Assembly: GCA_904063045.1 (NCBI GenBank)
Contig: CAJFCJ010000014.1
Coordinates: forward strand, 2,167,643-2,231,642
Direction: 5' to 3'
Length of the DNA stretch: 64,000 nucleotides
Source: Dimorphilus gyrociliatus
Lineage: Eukaryota > Animalia > Annelida
The notes under the pieces are model-generated. The model saw only the letters and a list, made by a program, of their open reading frames with translations, had not been told where the DNA came from and searched no databases. How positions within the stretch are numbered: position 1 is the stretch's first letter; every line of letters begins with the position of its first letter. A program made the translations under genes and the position numbers. Shown in pieces: positions 1 through 12,802 of this stretch.

Positions 1-4
1 TTAC

Positions 5-2400
5 CGCTTCTAGTACATCGTGTAAAAATCTAAATCTCGGATCAATAGTTCTATGAAAGAAAATTGCGATCTGAATAGAAGAAAAGAAGATATTAGAAAT
101 ATGTGTCTGTATATATATATATATATATAAATTATATATAAGTGAGCATAAAACTAATCTTACACCAAACATTCCAACAACGCCAACAGCGAGAGTAGAG
201 CACAATCTCGTTGAAAACTTGAATCCTTTTAAAATTGAATGGAAATTTATAGAATTTAAATAAATTTATATAAATTTACCATCTAAATTCTCTAATTTAA
301 ATTTTGTTTTTATCTTGTAAATAATGTTTTTAACCGGTCTGAAAGTAATAATAAATTAATTAGTAAATCAACTAATAATATAAATACATATGAAAATACT
401 AACTCCTGGACTTCTTCGGGTTTAAGTAAATCTCTAACGTATTTATAAGCATTAGTTTCTATCAAAGGTACACAAAAATCGCAATTCTATAATAAAAAGG
501 TAATAATTATTAAATACTGTTTAAAAAATAAACAAATTAGAGAGAAAGAGCAAACTATATTCTTACCCCAACGTTCTGATAGAAAGGAAGTTGAATTTGC
601 CACTAAAAGATGAAATATAAGTCTTTAATTGTAGTAATAAAATCTTTTTAAGTAAAAATCAATACATTAATCTTGTACAAAGTGATTAAAAAAATAAATC
701 AAAGAGAATATATAACACATATTAGATATTTGCTAATTAATTAATAAAGTTGAAGCGAAAGAATCTTATTTATTTATTGACACTTTATTTTTGACTGCTT
801 TGCATTTTAAATACCTTTCCTAAATGCTGATATTCTGGTTTAAGTTTCTAAAGAATTGTTTTTTTAAAAAAAAAAAAGAGAATTAAAAAAAGAAATTAAT
901 GATAGTTTTGTCAATTTTTTTCCCGTTTGTTCTAAACAGTTTTTTTCACAATTGTATAATAGGAAAAGGTGCATCTTTCTGGTATCGAGGTAACATGTTT
1001 TAATAATACAAACCTTTACTTTTCGAAGATATATTAGCTTTAGGTTGATGAATAGGTCATACAAGTAGCTGAAACTTAATACCAACATTACTAGCAGTAG
1101 AGGTATAAATCCGGCTAAACTTGTTAAGTGAACTATGTTCTGTTTTTAATAAAGCAAAACAAAGGATTAATATAATAGATTACATAATTAAATATTAATA
1201 GTAAAGAAAATGTCATATTAATAGCTTACATAGTATCCAGATCCTCGGGGTGTACAAAAGTACAACTCCCTTGTTCTAATAACCAACCAAAAGAACATGT
1301 TCCCAATTCCAACTAAATTGGCAAAAATAACCTTATGTAGCCGTACACATACAAACATTGGATAAAAGGCCAAACAAAGTAGGCATACGTTCAGCATCTT
1401 AACAAAAGCTATTTAGTAATTAAATAATGGAATGTTTATTAAGACAATATTATATGTTATAAGTGAAACTTTACTATTTATCCATTTCATTTTAGGATCT
1501 TTACGAACTTCGACACCTATTTCCCAAAAATTTTCGCCAAAGAAAAGATCAAGGAGCAGATAACTCATCGAAACAAACGCGCAAACGTAATATAACCGTC
1601 TTTTAGTATCGTCTAATAGATTAACTGGACTGTAATGGTAAAAAAAAGTGAATGAATGTTTAACTTGAAAGAAATAATTTTAATAATTGTCTGTTATTTT
1701 TACAATAAACATCCAGGCCAAGCGCAACAACAATTCAATTTACAACGCCTTCTTCTATCCCAAGCGGACATTATTAGTAGAAACACAATCTGTTGAATAT
1801 TAATTATAATTAATAGCATTGATATCAAAAATGATTCAAAATTTTTCAAATATTAATTATAATAAAAAGAATAATTGTTATGAAATGGTGGCTAGCCTAT
1901 TAGCTATAAAATATAAATATACATAGTAGTATGCTGTAAATATATACCGTGTTCAGTATATATATATTGGTTTGTTTAACTCCTCTTAATTTATTAAAAT
2001 GAAGGATATTGTTTATATTAATACTGTATACAACAGTACAAGTAGATATATGTCTATTACTAAATAAACGAATAAAAAGATTTACTTACCGCAAGAGGTG
2101 CTGAGAATACAATTGTTTTCTTCTGTGTGTCTTTTACTTCGAAACATTTAGAGAAATTTGTTCTTAAAATTAATTAATTAACTCTTAGTATTTATTTATT
2201 AATTTCTAATAAAAAATTTTTATTTACCCATTTACTGGAGCATAATCTTCGTCATCGTCTTCAAACAAGTCTAGTATAGTAACATTCTTAGTCGATATTT
2301 TTTCGTATGCCTTTACTAAACAATCGGCTAATTCAGCTACATTTGTGGCCGTTAAGTTTTCTTTTATTAAATCCAAACAATAATTTTTAGCCACATCCAT
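5..2400 (-). CDS. STRA6-like: STRA6/RBPR2-like multi-pass membrane protein (retinol-binding-protein receptor family), 3' end beyond window start
   Basis: Hand-spliced exons 2400-2228, 2162-2090, 1789-1704, 1629-1475, 1408-1230, 1139-1014, 602-567, 486-404, 338-280, 225-164 and 70-5 are all GT-AG with compatible phases. The translation includes IVFLLIMSAWDRRRRCKLNCCCAWPGCLFPVNLLD, LCLAFYPMFVC, YVRDLLKP and GFKFSTRLCSTLAV, which match family motifs (ILS..RR..C..PG...PVN.L; YV..LL; GF.FS.R..ST). Confidence 0.8.
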
Positions 2401-4588
2401 ACTTCTTTGGTATTTATATATCTTTTCTCTATTTTATTGATTTAACAATCTTCTTAACATTTATAGCATATATAGCACTCCATTCAAGATAAAATATACT
2501 ATACATAAGAGTTTATGTACAATATATTTCTTGTCTGTACTGTATCAGTTACAGAACTCCTGTTGAATTTAGATTAAAAATCAATTCTGTATCTAGCCAT
2601 AAAAGTCTGTATACATATATAATTTTTTATGCAAAGATATATGATAAAATACGAATTTCTAAAGATTACTTTTCTCCTAATTAGTAGCTTTAATAATACG
2701 AACGTTTATGTTATAATTGCGTTGCAGGTGTCTCTCCAATTTTCTAAATAAATTCAACTAGAAAAGGGAGAGAAACATTTTTTTTGAGCGATATATACAA
2801 CTCCACTATGTTATCGCTCAGGAGGTTTCCTGCATTATGCTTATTTATGTACATAACGAAACTTCTAAAGAGCAAATACTCGAGCTTTGCAGGGGGAAAT
2901 CCAGTGTAAAAAAAGACGTAAGCACTCACCTGTTGTTGATTAATCATTTCAGAAAACCTGTTTTTTTTGTTATAAGAAAGTATTTCAAAATCTAAGGCAA
3001 GAATGAAAGTAGATACCTCTCTCTCTCTCCATCAATTTACAAAATATTTTCAATTAGAGAGTATTTTTATTGGTGAAATATTCATATTTTATAATGATGA
3101 ATGCTTAAAAAAACCATCTATTGTATATATTTAGATATATTAAAATGATGTAAAAAAAAAGGCATAAAAAGAACTTTTAAAAGAGATGAAAAGTAAATTT
3201 ATAAGCTTATAAGTATATATTAATATATTGTATATAATTTATATATATATATATATAGATATTTTAAAATTATGAGTGAGTTAGCATATATGACTAGAAA
3301 AAATAATATAAATCAATAAAGAACTACATGGGTGTGTTATTTCAATTAATATTCTCACAATTTTACTGTCTTTCTTTTGTATAATGTTATAGGCCTATTA
3401 ATTATAATACATATATGCATGTACAGATGAATAACAGACAGCGATTATAAATTATATTAAATCATTATTGTTATAGTTTTAATAATTATAAAACAATTTT
3501 TAAATTTTGTTATTATTGAATTTTAGACGCCATCTATTAGACAAACTCTTCAATAGGTTATACGTGTTTAGAATGAATACATATATATATGGAAAATCGG
3601 TATAGAATACCACGAAGAGCATAAATGGAGAAAATTTTTCTTAAATATTTTCGTTATGATATATCGTTCTTTATTTATTCGTATCATTAATAGTCATATG
3701 TTTGTAGGTTATTCTATTTATTTGTTAACTGTTTTCTATTAAAAATTGGTCAATTCTATGTAAATATAAATAAATTATTAATGAAAACACTTTGTATGAA
3801 TAATACAATTTTGTCATAAATATGACGTTAATACATAGTTATTAAAAATAGGCTATAAACAGAACATTCTTCTACTCTTTTGTTTAGTGTACAAAAAGTA
3901 CATAAAATATAAATCAGTCTAGGGTTGTTGCCATAATTCAATTGTCGCAAGTTGAAAAGACAAAGTTTCTAGTGTTAAAAGAACAGAGTGAGAGAGACAA
4001 AGAGAGAGAGAGAGAGAGAACGAGTAGGAAGAAGAAAAAGATTTAAATTTCTCTAAAAGACATTAAAGTTCAAGGATGTCGGACATATGATTTACCATAA
4101 AAAATTCAAACGAATTATACATTGTTTTGTACGAATTGTCTTTTTGTAAATGAATCTTTTCAACAATTAAAAATAGCTAGATTTAATTACTGAGCATAAA
4201 AGCAACTGAAAAGTGTTAAAAATAGATTTATCTCTTTTTTTTTTTTACAATTATAAGTCTCCTTTATCTTAAAAGTTCTCTTCTCTTCTTCTACCCGCGT
4301 GCGTCTCTCCTTTTCTCTTTTCTTTATGAAAAGATATAAAAGAGTAATTGATTCCTTTTTCATTTCGTTTTGCACGGAAAAAATTAATTTATTAAAAAGA
4401 GACAAAAAAATAAAAGTAGTAGAGTATAAGGAATTTAAATAAGAGAATAATTTATGATATTTAAAACAACTTTTCCTTTTCATTCTCTTTAATAAAATCG
4501 AAATATTTTCCTTGGAAAAATAATAATTTATCTTTAGTTTCTCTCTCACCTACTTTTTATTGTTGAACACGTTCAAATAGATAGAAAA

Positions 4589-5728
4589 ATGTTTGGTTCA
4601 ATGAATTATATGGGAAACCGATGCGCGAGTTCATACACACTTAAGGTAAGGGGGGCAGTTACTCTATCATTAACATTGAGACAATTGTAGGTGGCGTCAC
4701 AACTTTTATATAAGAGAAAAACACGTATAGGCTTCAATACAATCGATTATCCGCCTCACCTGCAAACAGTAATGTTTGTCGGCGCGAGAGCGGTCGTCTC
4801 ACGTTCGAAGGCCGAACCTCCATCGCCGAATTCTCACGTTAGTACAAAATTTTTTAGGAATAGAAAGGAAGAGGAAGAAAAATGTCACTGTTACTGCCCT
4901 TGCGTTTGGGGCGTGTTCTTTGCAATTTTAGTAGGCCTATTTATGATGGGGGCAGGAGCTATTATGTGTTCTGCGGATGAAATTTCAGATGTGTTGAACG
5001 TAATTAATTCAACCATCTCCGAAAGGGATAAAGTTCTTTTAGTTAAGTTCAACAAAATTAGAATAGCCGGAAGTGTAGCCATTGGAACTGGAATATTTGT
5101 TTGCGTTGTGGCTATCGTTGTTGTTTGCGATATTCGTGAGAAAAAACTTTATATAAGAATTGAAGAAGAGAAAAGAGAAAAGGAGAAAATTAAGAGACCG
5201 GATATGTATGATGTTGTAATAAATGAATTCAGGCGTAAAAAGAGCAGGTCAATAGGAGAAAGAAGTCCGAGTACTTCATCAGGTGGAGTCTTTGAAAAAT
5301 TTCGTCGTCTCAGTACTTCCTCAATCTCAAAGAGGTCTACTTCATCCATAACAAACGCGCTCAAATCTCTTCACACTTTTGCCGAACTCGATGCAGGTGG
5401 TCTTAGACCAATAACTCCGGCTGAAGCCAAACATCTTCTTACACCACCTTTCGTTCAAAGTCCACTATACTCAACGGAGAGGTCTTCCTCGGACAGACTT
5501 GAAACAGGTATTCATGTTGAAAGGACTGCTCACTTTGAAAAGCAAGATGAAATAATACCACAAAGCGACGAGAGTGATCCAAAACTGCAGGATATGGATA
5601 GTGAACGTCCAAAAAATTTACCAAATATACAAACAGTTGTCGTTCAAGAAGCTCCGAATGCAAAAAAGAAGAAAAAGAAAAAGAAACGACGAAAAAAAAT
5701 TAGAGAAACAAATATTGATAAGGTCTAA
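4589..5728 (+). CDS. Two-TM membrane protein with long disordered C-tail, TMEM200/DUF2371-like
   Basis: Exon 4589-4645 (ATG...AAG|gtaagg), a 45-nt intron, then exon 4691-5728 in phase 0. Two hydrophobic helices (GVFFAILVGLFMMGAGAIM; IAGSVAIGTGIFVCVVAIVVV) are followed by DIREKK, resembling the TMEM200 TM pair plus basic juxtamembrane segment. Confidence 0.55.
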
Positions 5729-7221
5729 TCAATATAAACGATATTCAGAGCCCAATTTCAACAAAGGGATAGAAAGAAAACAATTAAAATCACACATTAT
5801 GTAAAGTTTAGGTGCCAATTTATTATTATTACTATTATTTTGATAAAAAAGAAGGATATATTCATGCATTTATATATAAAAAAGAATACAATTTTCACTT
5901 CTTTATACTACGTTCTGTTGTATTTTTTAGAAATACTGTTATTTAAATCCAAAGAAGAGCTTAAATTGAACTAGAAAATGACTAACTACCATACTTTTAT
6001 CCTAAATTTTTCCCTTATTGTTAATTAACCCGGGGTTAATTACTTTTTTTCTCTTTTCTTCTTAAAAGAGACATATTAATTAATACAGAAAACAAACAAA
6101 TGAAATAAGATAAACAACAATCGAAGTTTTAAAATAGCAAATTTTTATAATAATCTAACTGTTAATTAATTTATTATAGTATGATAAAGGATCTGTTTTT
6201 TTTCTAACGCTTTTCTATGCTGTGCTAGGTCCCGCATTGGGAGGAAGACAAACATTTACATACTAATCAATTGTTTAAACTAGGATCTCTTTCAACGAAG
6301 ATACAAGCCAGTTTTCATTTTTTTCTATCTATAAGTAAACGTGTTTCTAACAAAGTTGTAAAATACAGAGAATTCAGTTATACTTTCAAAGATTATGGTT
6401 AAAAAACAAAGGGTGAAAAAGCATAAAAAGCATAATTTATTACTATATTGTTATGCAAATAGAGAATATCTTAAATTATATAAAGATTAATGGTAATTTC
6501 AGTCTTTTCTTTCAATTAATAAAATGAAAAGGAAATGAGTTTAATAAAAACTGATATAGATAATTTCAATCTCACCTTGCCGCTCTCTCTCTCTCTCGCC
6601 TCTCTTCCCCTTTCTCTCTCTCTATCTATGCTTTAAACATTTAAAATTCTTTTCATTACAATTTTTCAATTAAATTAATGAACTATTCATCTATATGATT
6701 GAATTAAGGGAATGTTTATACAACTGGAAAAAGAAAGACATGTTCCAAGTTATTCATTGAAAATAGAGCTTTTATAATTTTAACCAATTAAAATTAGTGA
6801 TGTTCTTCTATTCTTGTTTCGTTATAGTATTAATTAATCAATAAAGATCTCTCTTTTAACTAAATAAATTAAAAGATTTAGATGACAAGGAATAAAAAAG
6901 AAAGATTATTCATTTTTTATATTTCCAGGGTTACGTCGATATGATAAGATAATCCATATTAATCAATTTTTGACGCAAATATATTAATGTTTGTGTGATG
7001 AACACAGTATAATAGATTGATCCTTACATTAATAAATTATTCAATATAATAAAATCTTTTTTTAACTTCCATTTAAAAAAATCTCAATAAAACAACTGCA
7101 AAATTGCAAAATGGAGGGGAAAGAAAACGACTAGCCAAAGGTTAAAAAAATATGGAAAAACTAGTTTTGTATATTATTATTGTTTTGAACATTATAAATA
7201 AAAAGAAGAGAATTGAGTGAA

Positions 7222-7288
7222 AGAGAGAGAGAGAGACAGAGAGAGACAGAGAGAGAGAGAGAGAAGAAGAAGAAGAAAAAGAAGAAAG
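7222..7288. repeat. (GA)n/(GAA)n microsatellite
   Basis: Direct reading: gagagagagagagacagagagagacagagagagagagagagaagaagaagaag. Confidence 0.95.
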
Positions 7289-7970
7289 CAAATTTTAATA
7301 TATATAAACTATGCACCTATTTGAAGGCTAGATTTTATATTACATTATCTATTCAGTAATTACAAATTCGATAATACATTATATATTTCTATTATCTTTG
7401 TCACACGTAAGGGGTAATTTACAATTAAGAATAACTTTTAATTTCTAATTATAGATATTTTTACCTAGATATATGTATACAATATCTAAATTTATGCAAA
7501 GTATATACAATAGTCTTAATATATATATATATATATATATGATATATATTTTAAAACATAGAATAGAATATTTCCTATATAAAATAATTTTACTAATTAT
7601 TTTGAAAAATAAAAGACATAAGCCAAAATAAATCCAACGGAGAAAATCAATAAATTGTTCAATGTTGGCAAGGAGAGTTATTCATGTTTTATAAGGGAAG
7701 CAGTCACATTCATTATGTTGAATTTAGAAAATATTTCAAAATCTTAGGGAAATACTTGAATTTAATATTAGTTAAAGGATATCGTACACTAATTTATAAA
7801 TAATTAATAAGTAATATATATATAGAAATAGTAAGTTCGCTTTTTATACTAATATTTCTAATGGTTTTTATTCTATTTAGTAGGTTAAAATTTCTATTCG
7901 TTTTAAATGTTAAATATAGAAATTGATCTATTTGAACAGTTTTTTTTATTGAAGAGACAAGAGGAGGAGG

Positions 7971-10545
7971 ATGGACGAATATCTTTCAATGGTCGAATCC
8001 TTTTTAAAATTCTACAAGAATGAAGAGATTAATAATATAGAATTCTTTAAGGATTTTCAATTTCAGATTGGTACAGTTATTTTTTAATAATCCATACGAT
8101 TTTAAGTATTTACTATTTTTATTGCATAATTATACATTATTCAGAAACGACTAGCTCCTGCCAATGTGCTGGTATTTTTGAATCATTGTCATATGAAAAT
8201 GATGACATAATTTCGGAAATAATGGAATGGCTAAAAATAGGAAAATGTCAACATTTAAAAAGTATTGGTGGCTTTAAAAAATTCGATTTCGACATTAGTG
8301 AAAGTAAAGAGGACTTAAGGAAGGAACTTATGTCAATTGATAAACAACTTAGTCCATTCCTAGTTGAAAAGATATCATTGTCTTCAAAAACATCTTCGAA
8401 TGAAAGCTTAAGGGAACCGTGGACACTGTCTGATTCATTAGAATTTCAAAAAGGGGAAAATCCTCCAGAGCCTAAGGAAAAAACAAATATATTACCAAGA
8501 CAAATACCTAAAATATTTAGAAAGACCAGCTCGGAAACCGAGACAATTTTCTCTTTTGATATCGAACCGGACAATCCTAGTCTTCAAGGTGAACCAATTC
8601 TCGAGAATAGTTCTGCAGGTAGTAGTGAATGCGAACTAAGAACACTGAATATAATAGATGAAGATCGTTTCCTTAGTGTTAGTCCTATTCTACCATCTTC
8701 CAGCTACGTAACAACAGTAGCTGCTTTAAATGGAATTCATATTGCAGCTGCAAAGGGATATGATAAACTTTTAGAGAAGATGATAGCAAAAGATTTCGAT
8801 GTAGAATGTAGAAGTGACTATTTGCAAAATTCACCACTTCATTATGCTTGTATGAACGTAAGTAGCTATTTAATATAAAATCGAAAGAATGCCTGGTTCA
8901 TGTCTTTTTATTAATGTAAAGCAAAGGTCAAACACCTAGTCTATAAAAAGCAAAAAATCTCTAGAAACACTATACAGTATATCTATATATATACAGTATA
9001 TATATTTATATACTGTATACACTGTGTATGTATGTCTATACTTAAGTGGAAAAAGTAATTTGTTGAACATGGTAAAATGATCGAAATTCCATAATATTAC
9101 GATAAAGATAATCGCTAACTTCATATAAAGAATCTTTTCTCTAATAGAGTGTTAAAGCAATATTTAATACTTATTTATATACAGATTTATAACACTAATG
9201 TACAATGCTATGTTTATGAATGGTTAATAGATTTATGGGATATATATGTCTTTGCCTTGTTTGTTCATAAAATACTTGCATATATTCAGAATATCTTACT
9301 TTAATATCGATTCTTAAAATTTTCAGGGAAAGATAAATTGCGTCAAAGTCCTAATAAAACAAGAATGCTCTCTAGAAGCTATTAATTCTCATTATGATAA
9401 CTGTTTACATATATGTATAGGTGAAATTAACTTTCTTTTATTAGACAAAATAACATAGTAATAGGGATATTTGATATTTTATCTCACTTTTTTCTCTCTC
9501 CATAACAGAATCAAGCGTTTTCGAATCGATTTCAATATTTGAAATGATTTTTAATATTCTCGAGACTAAATGTGAATTATCTACTGATTTAAGGAAAACT
9601 TTACTTGATAGTATAATAAGATTGGATAGACCTAATTTCTTGGAATCATTCTTAAACTTATCAAAGAATGATTTAAATTGCATAAGTAACGGTTGGAGTA
9701 TGGTACACGAATCTTGCTATGGAGGGTCTATTAATTGTTTAAAATATTTATACAATCTTAATCACGATTTGAACGTATCATATACGAATTTAAATATGGG
9801 TTTCTCAAATGTTAAACCAGTTCATTTAGCTATTTTTAACGGACATTTGGATATTGTTCGTTTCTTAGTGTCCCATATTAATATCGAATATAACGAATGC
9901 GTAACGGTAATGGGAGCTAATTATTCAACGTTAATGACAGCGGTTTTTAACGAATACATCGACATATTTGATGAAATTATTGATAAATGCGATGTAAACG
10001 TGAAGAATGACCAAGGTGACACGGCGTTACATTTCGCTTCGCTGAGGTTTGTTAATAATTTACAATTTTTTTATATGTTTATTACAAACAAAGTATGTTA
10101 CAGAGGAAATGGAAAATTAATTATGGAATTATTAAAACGCAACGCTGATGTTAATGTTCAAAATAAACTAGGCATTACGCCAATATGGAATGCCTTGAAC
10201 TATCCAGAAATTGTAGATATCCTTATCAATTATGGAGCAAAGACTGATATTTTTTTAAACGGTTAATATCTATTCAATTTTCATATATTCATAGATATCA
10301 TCTGTAAATCAATCTTATTCCTATTCCTTTTTTTCTTATAATTAGAATGCGATACGAAAGCTTTCGGCGTTGAATTAATCAAAAAATCCTTACTGGAAAA
10401 GGCCTTAGAGTGTGGTAACTCGGGAACAGTTCAATTATTACTTAATTCGTATAAATCCTCAGAAAATTCCCAAAGTGCTCAATCCCAGATTGTTCCTTCT
10501 CTGAAAGGCATGTGTCAAGAAATTGTTGATAAATGCGAATTATGA
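7971..10545 (+). CDS. Ankyrin-repeat protein with C-terminal partial SOCS box (ASB-like)
   Basis: Exons 7971-8070, 8145-8857, 9327-9420, 9509-10046, 10104-10261 and 10346-10545, phases consistent. Ankyrin motifs include IHIAAAKG, SPLHYACMNG, KPVHLAIFNGH, GDTALHFASLRG and GITPIWNA. The C-terminus VPSLKGMCQEIV is BC-box-like. Confidence 0.85.
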
Positions 10546-10690
10546 CATTGCACTTATAGTATGATTTTCGTCTGTTCTCCCTTCAAGTTAATTGAGGTTT
10601 CGTAGTTGTATTTGAACTTTTTTTAGCAAAGAGAATAATTTATGTGAGGTAGATAGGAATGATATCGGATAATTATGTAATGATATTCTC

Positions 10691-11649
10691 CTATGTTTCA
10701 TCTGCATCAACGCCAACGACTCTTCTTCTTTTTGATAGAAAAGATAGTAAAGATTCTTTAAAGTGTTTATTCGTGCAACTATAGATAATGCTATTCCAAA
10801 AACTATTTAGATATAAAGCAGTAATAAGGAATATTTCAATAATACCGCTTACATGTACATTTGTACCAACAGCTGCTACTATAACCATAATTGTAATAGG
10901 AGTCCACGATATATAGAAGCTAGCCAATATTAATGCGACAGTTAACAGTGATTTTTTATTCTTACCAATAAGATTGTGATGCTTTCGACTAATTTTAAAA
11001 ATACTAGAAAGAATTAAGAAATAAAGAGATAACTGGGAAAAAAAAAGGATTTAATATGAAATACATACATTATATAAATGACCAACAGGACTATTGAACA
11101 TAGACCATAACTTATGAATGCTGAGAATATGTATATTTCTTTGAAGAATCGTATCTCCGGATAACATTGAAAAGTATTCGGATTTAATTTAATTTTACCT
11201 TGCAAAAACGTCGGAAAAGATAAAGCTAACATTACTAACCAGATAATTATTAAAGCTATCATCATCCTTGTCGTAGTTACTAAAATATTGTATTTCATCG
11301 GTCTTGTTATAGCGATAAATCTATCTAGATTCAAGAGGGTAATAGTCCATAAGGATATACCGGCAAAAGATACTGAGAATGTCCCATTTATAAGACAAAT
11401 TCGAGTAAAATATGGACTATCATATACTAATGTTAAAATTGGAATTATAAAAAAATGAGCAAAAAGAATATCAACTAAAGAGAGATGCATCATCAAATAA
11501 CCGGAGACATTATGTAATTTTTTCGTTAATTTTATAACAATTATATTTACCAGACTTCCGAATACTATTAGAAAATAAATAAGTAAATATACACCAATCA
11601 AAATATATCCAGGCTTTGATCTTGAATTATTTTCACTAGTATCATTCAT
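10691..11649 (-). CDS. Class A (rhodopsin-like) GPCR, orphan
   Basis: Exons 11649-11069 and 11003-10691 (65-nt phase-2 intron). Seven hydrophobic segments, TM1 N (GSLVN), TM2 LSLVD, DRF, ECL2 Cys, TM6 FYISWTP and TM7 NSFWNSIIY. Confidence 0.9.
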
Positions 11650-12802
11650 TTTTTCTATTATTAGCTAAGAGAAAAAAAGTAAGGCAAACTTTTCAATTCC
11701 ATTTCTAGAAAAGCTAATTCTTAGATTAAATTTCTAAGCTATATTATAGCTTTATATATTTCCTTTAGTGACGTAAAAGGTAATGTCTATATCTAGCTTA
11801 TAAGTAATCATATACAACTACAAATAACGAAAAAGAGGCTAAACAAAAGAAAATACAGGAGAGAGAGAATTAGCATTAATATAATTCTATTATAATTATC
11901 TACAATATCGAATATTACGTTTCTTATACTTTCTTTTGATTCTGCATTAATTTTTCTACAGTTTAAATAAAAGACAAAAAAACGAAGTTTTTAATACTGT
12001 CCATCACAAAATACTTACTGCACTTTGTTGCTTGGTAAAGAAAGTAAATAAAAAAAAATAAACAGCTATTGTTAAAGCAAAGAGCCCTCCTCATGTTGTA
12101 ATAAGACAGTTTGTCTTAAAGTTGGTGATAAAATGAATTAAGTAGGGCATTTATAAATACTTTAAGAGAATTAATTAATTAATAATAAGACCTGTAGGAA
12201 AGTATTTTATTTATAGTTTATTAAATAATATATCATATCTCCTTTTATTTCCTCTGTCATTATATTTGTCAATTATTAATTATAGTTCATCTGAAAATAA
12301 AAATAATAGGGTTATATGTAACCAGATTAAGAGGAATCAAAGAGAGAGAGAGAGAGAGAGAGAAGAATAAAATTGTGAAGAGAAATGAGTAGGATTTATT
12401 CTTCGAAACGGGCTTGGTAACAGATGTATAGACGCCATATTTCTCTAGTGTTTCCTTTCATCATCCTTTAAGCACTACAAGAGCTAGATAGCAAAAAAAA
12501 CTATTTTTAAAAGGTTACAACTCTACACTGAAAAGGTTAGAAAAGTAAAAATTTCCGATGGGAAAAAGAATATTGTGTTTTTATTATTTTACCTTCTAAC
12601 AATATCATTTAGCTTGACGAGCCATGTGAATACAACATATATATACCTTTTACGATATAATCGTTTGTTAAAGAGTATTAAATATGTAAATTATTGAATT
12701 TTCAATTTAAATAAATAGTAATATTTATTAATCATTACTCTTTTAAAATGTATAAAACAAGAAGGTATATGATTATTATTATTATTATTATTAATAATGT
12801 TA

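Noticed and set aside
864-1088. 74-aa ORF from the track as a stand-alone gene
   Set aside because: Only 1139-1014 is coding (an exon of the STRA6-like gene); the rest is intron read-through.
4187-4549. 120-aa minus-strand ORF
   Set aside because: K/F/I/L-rich translation of AT-rich, A-run DNA with no motifs, lying in the upstream region of the 4589 gene.
10691-11003. Opsin identity for the first GPCR
   Set aside because: The retinal-binding Lys position in TM7 is Tyr.
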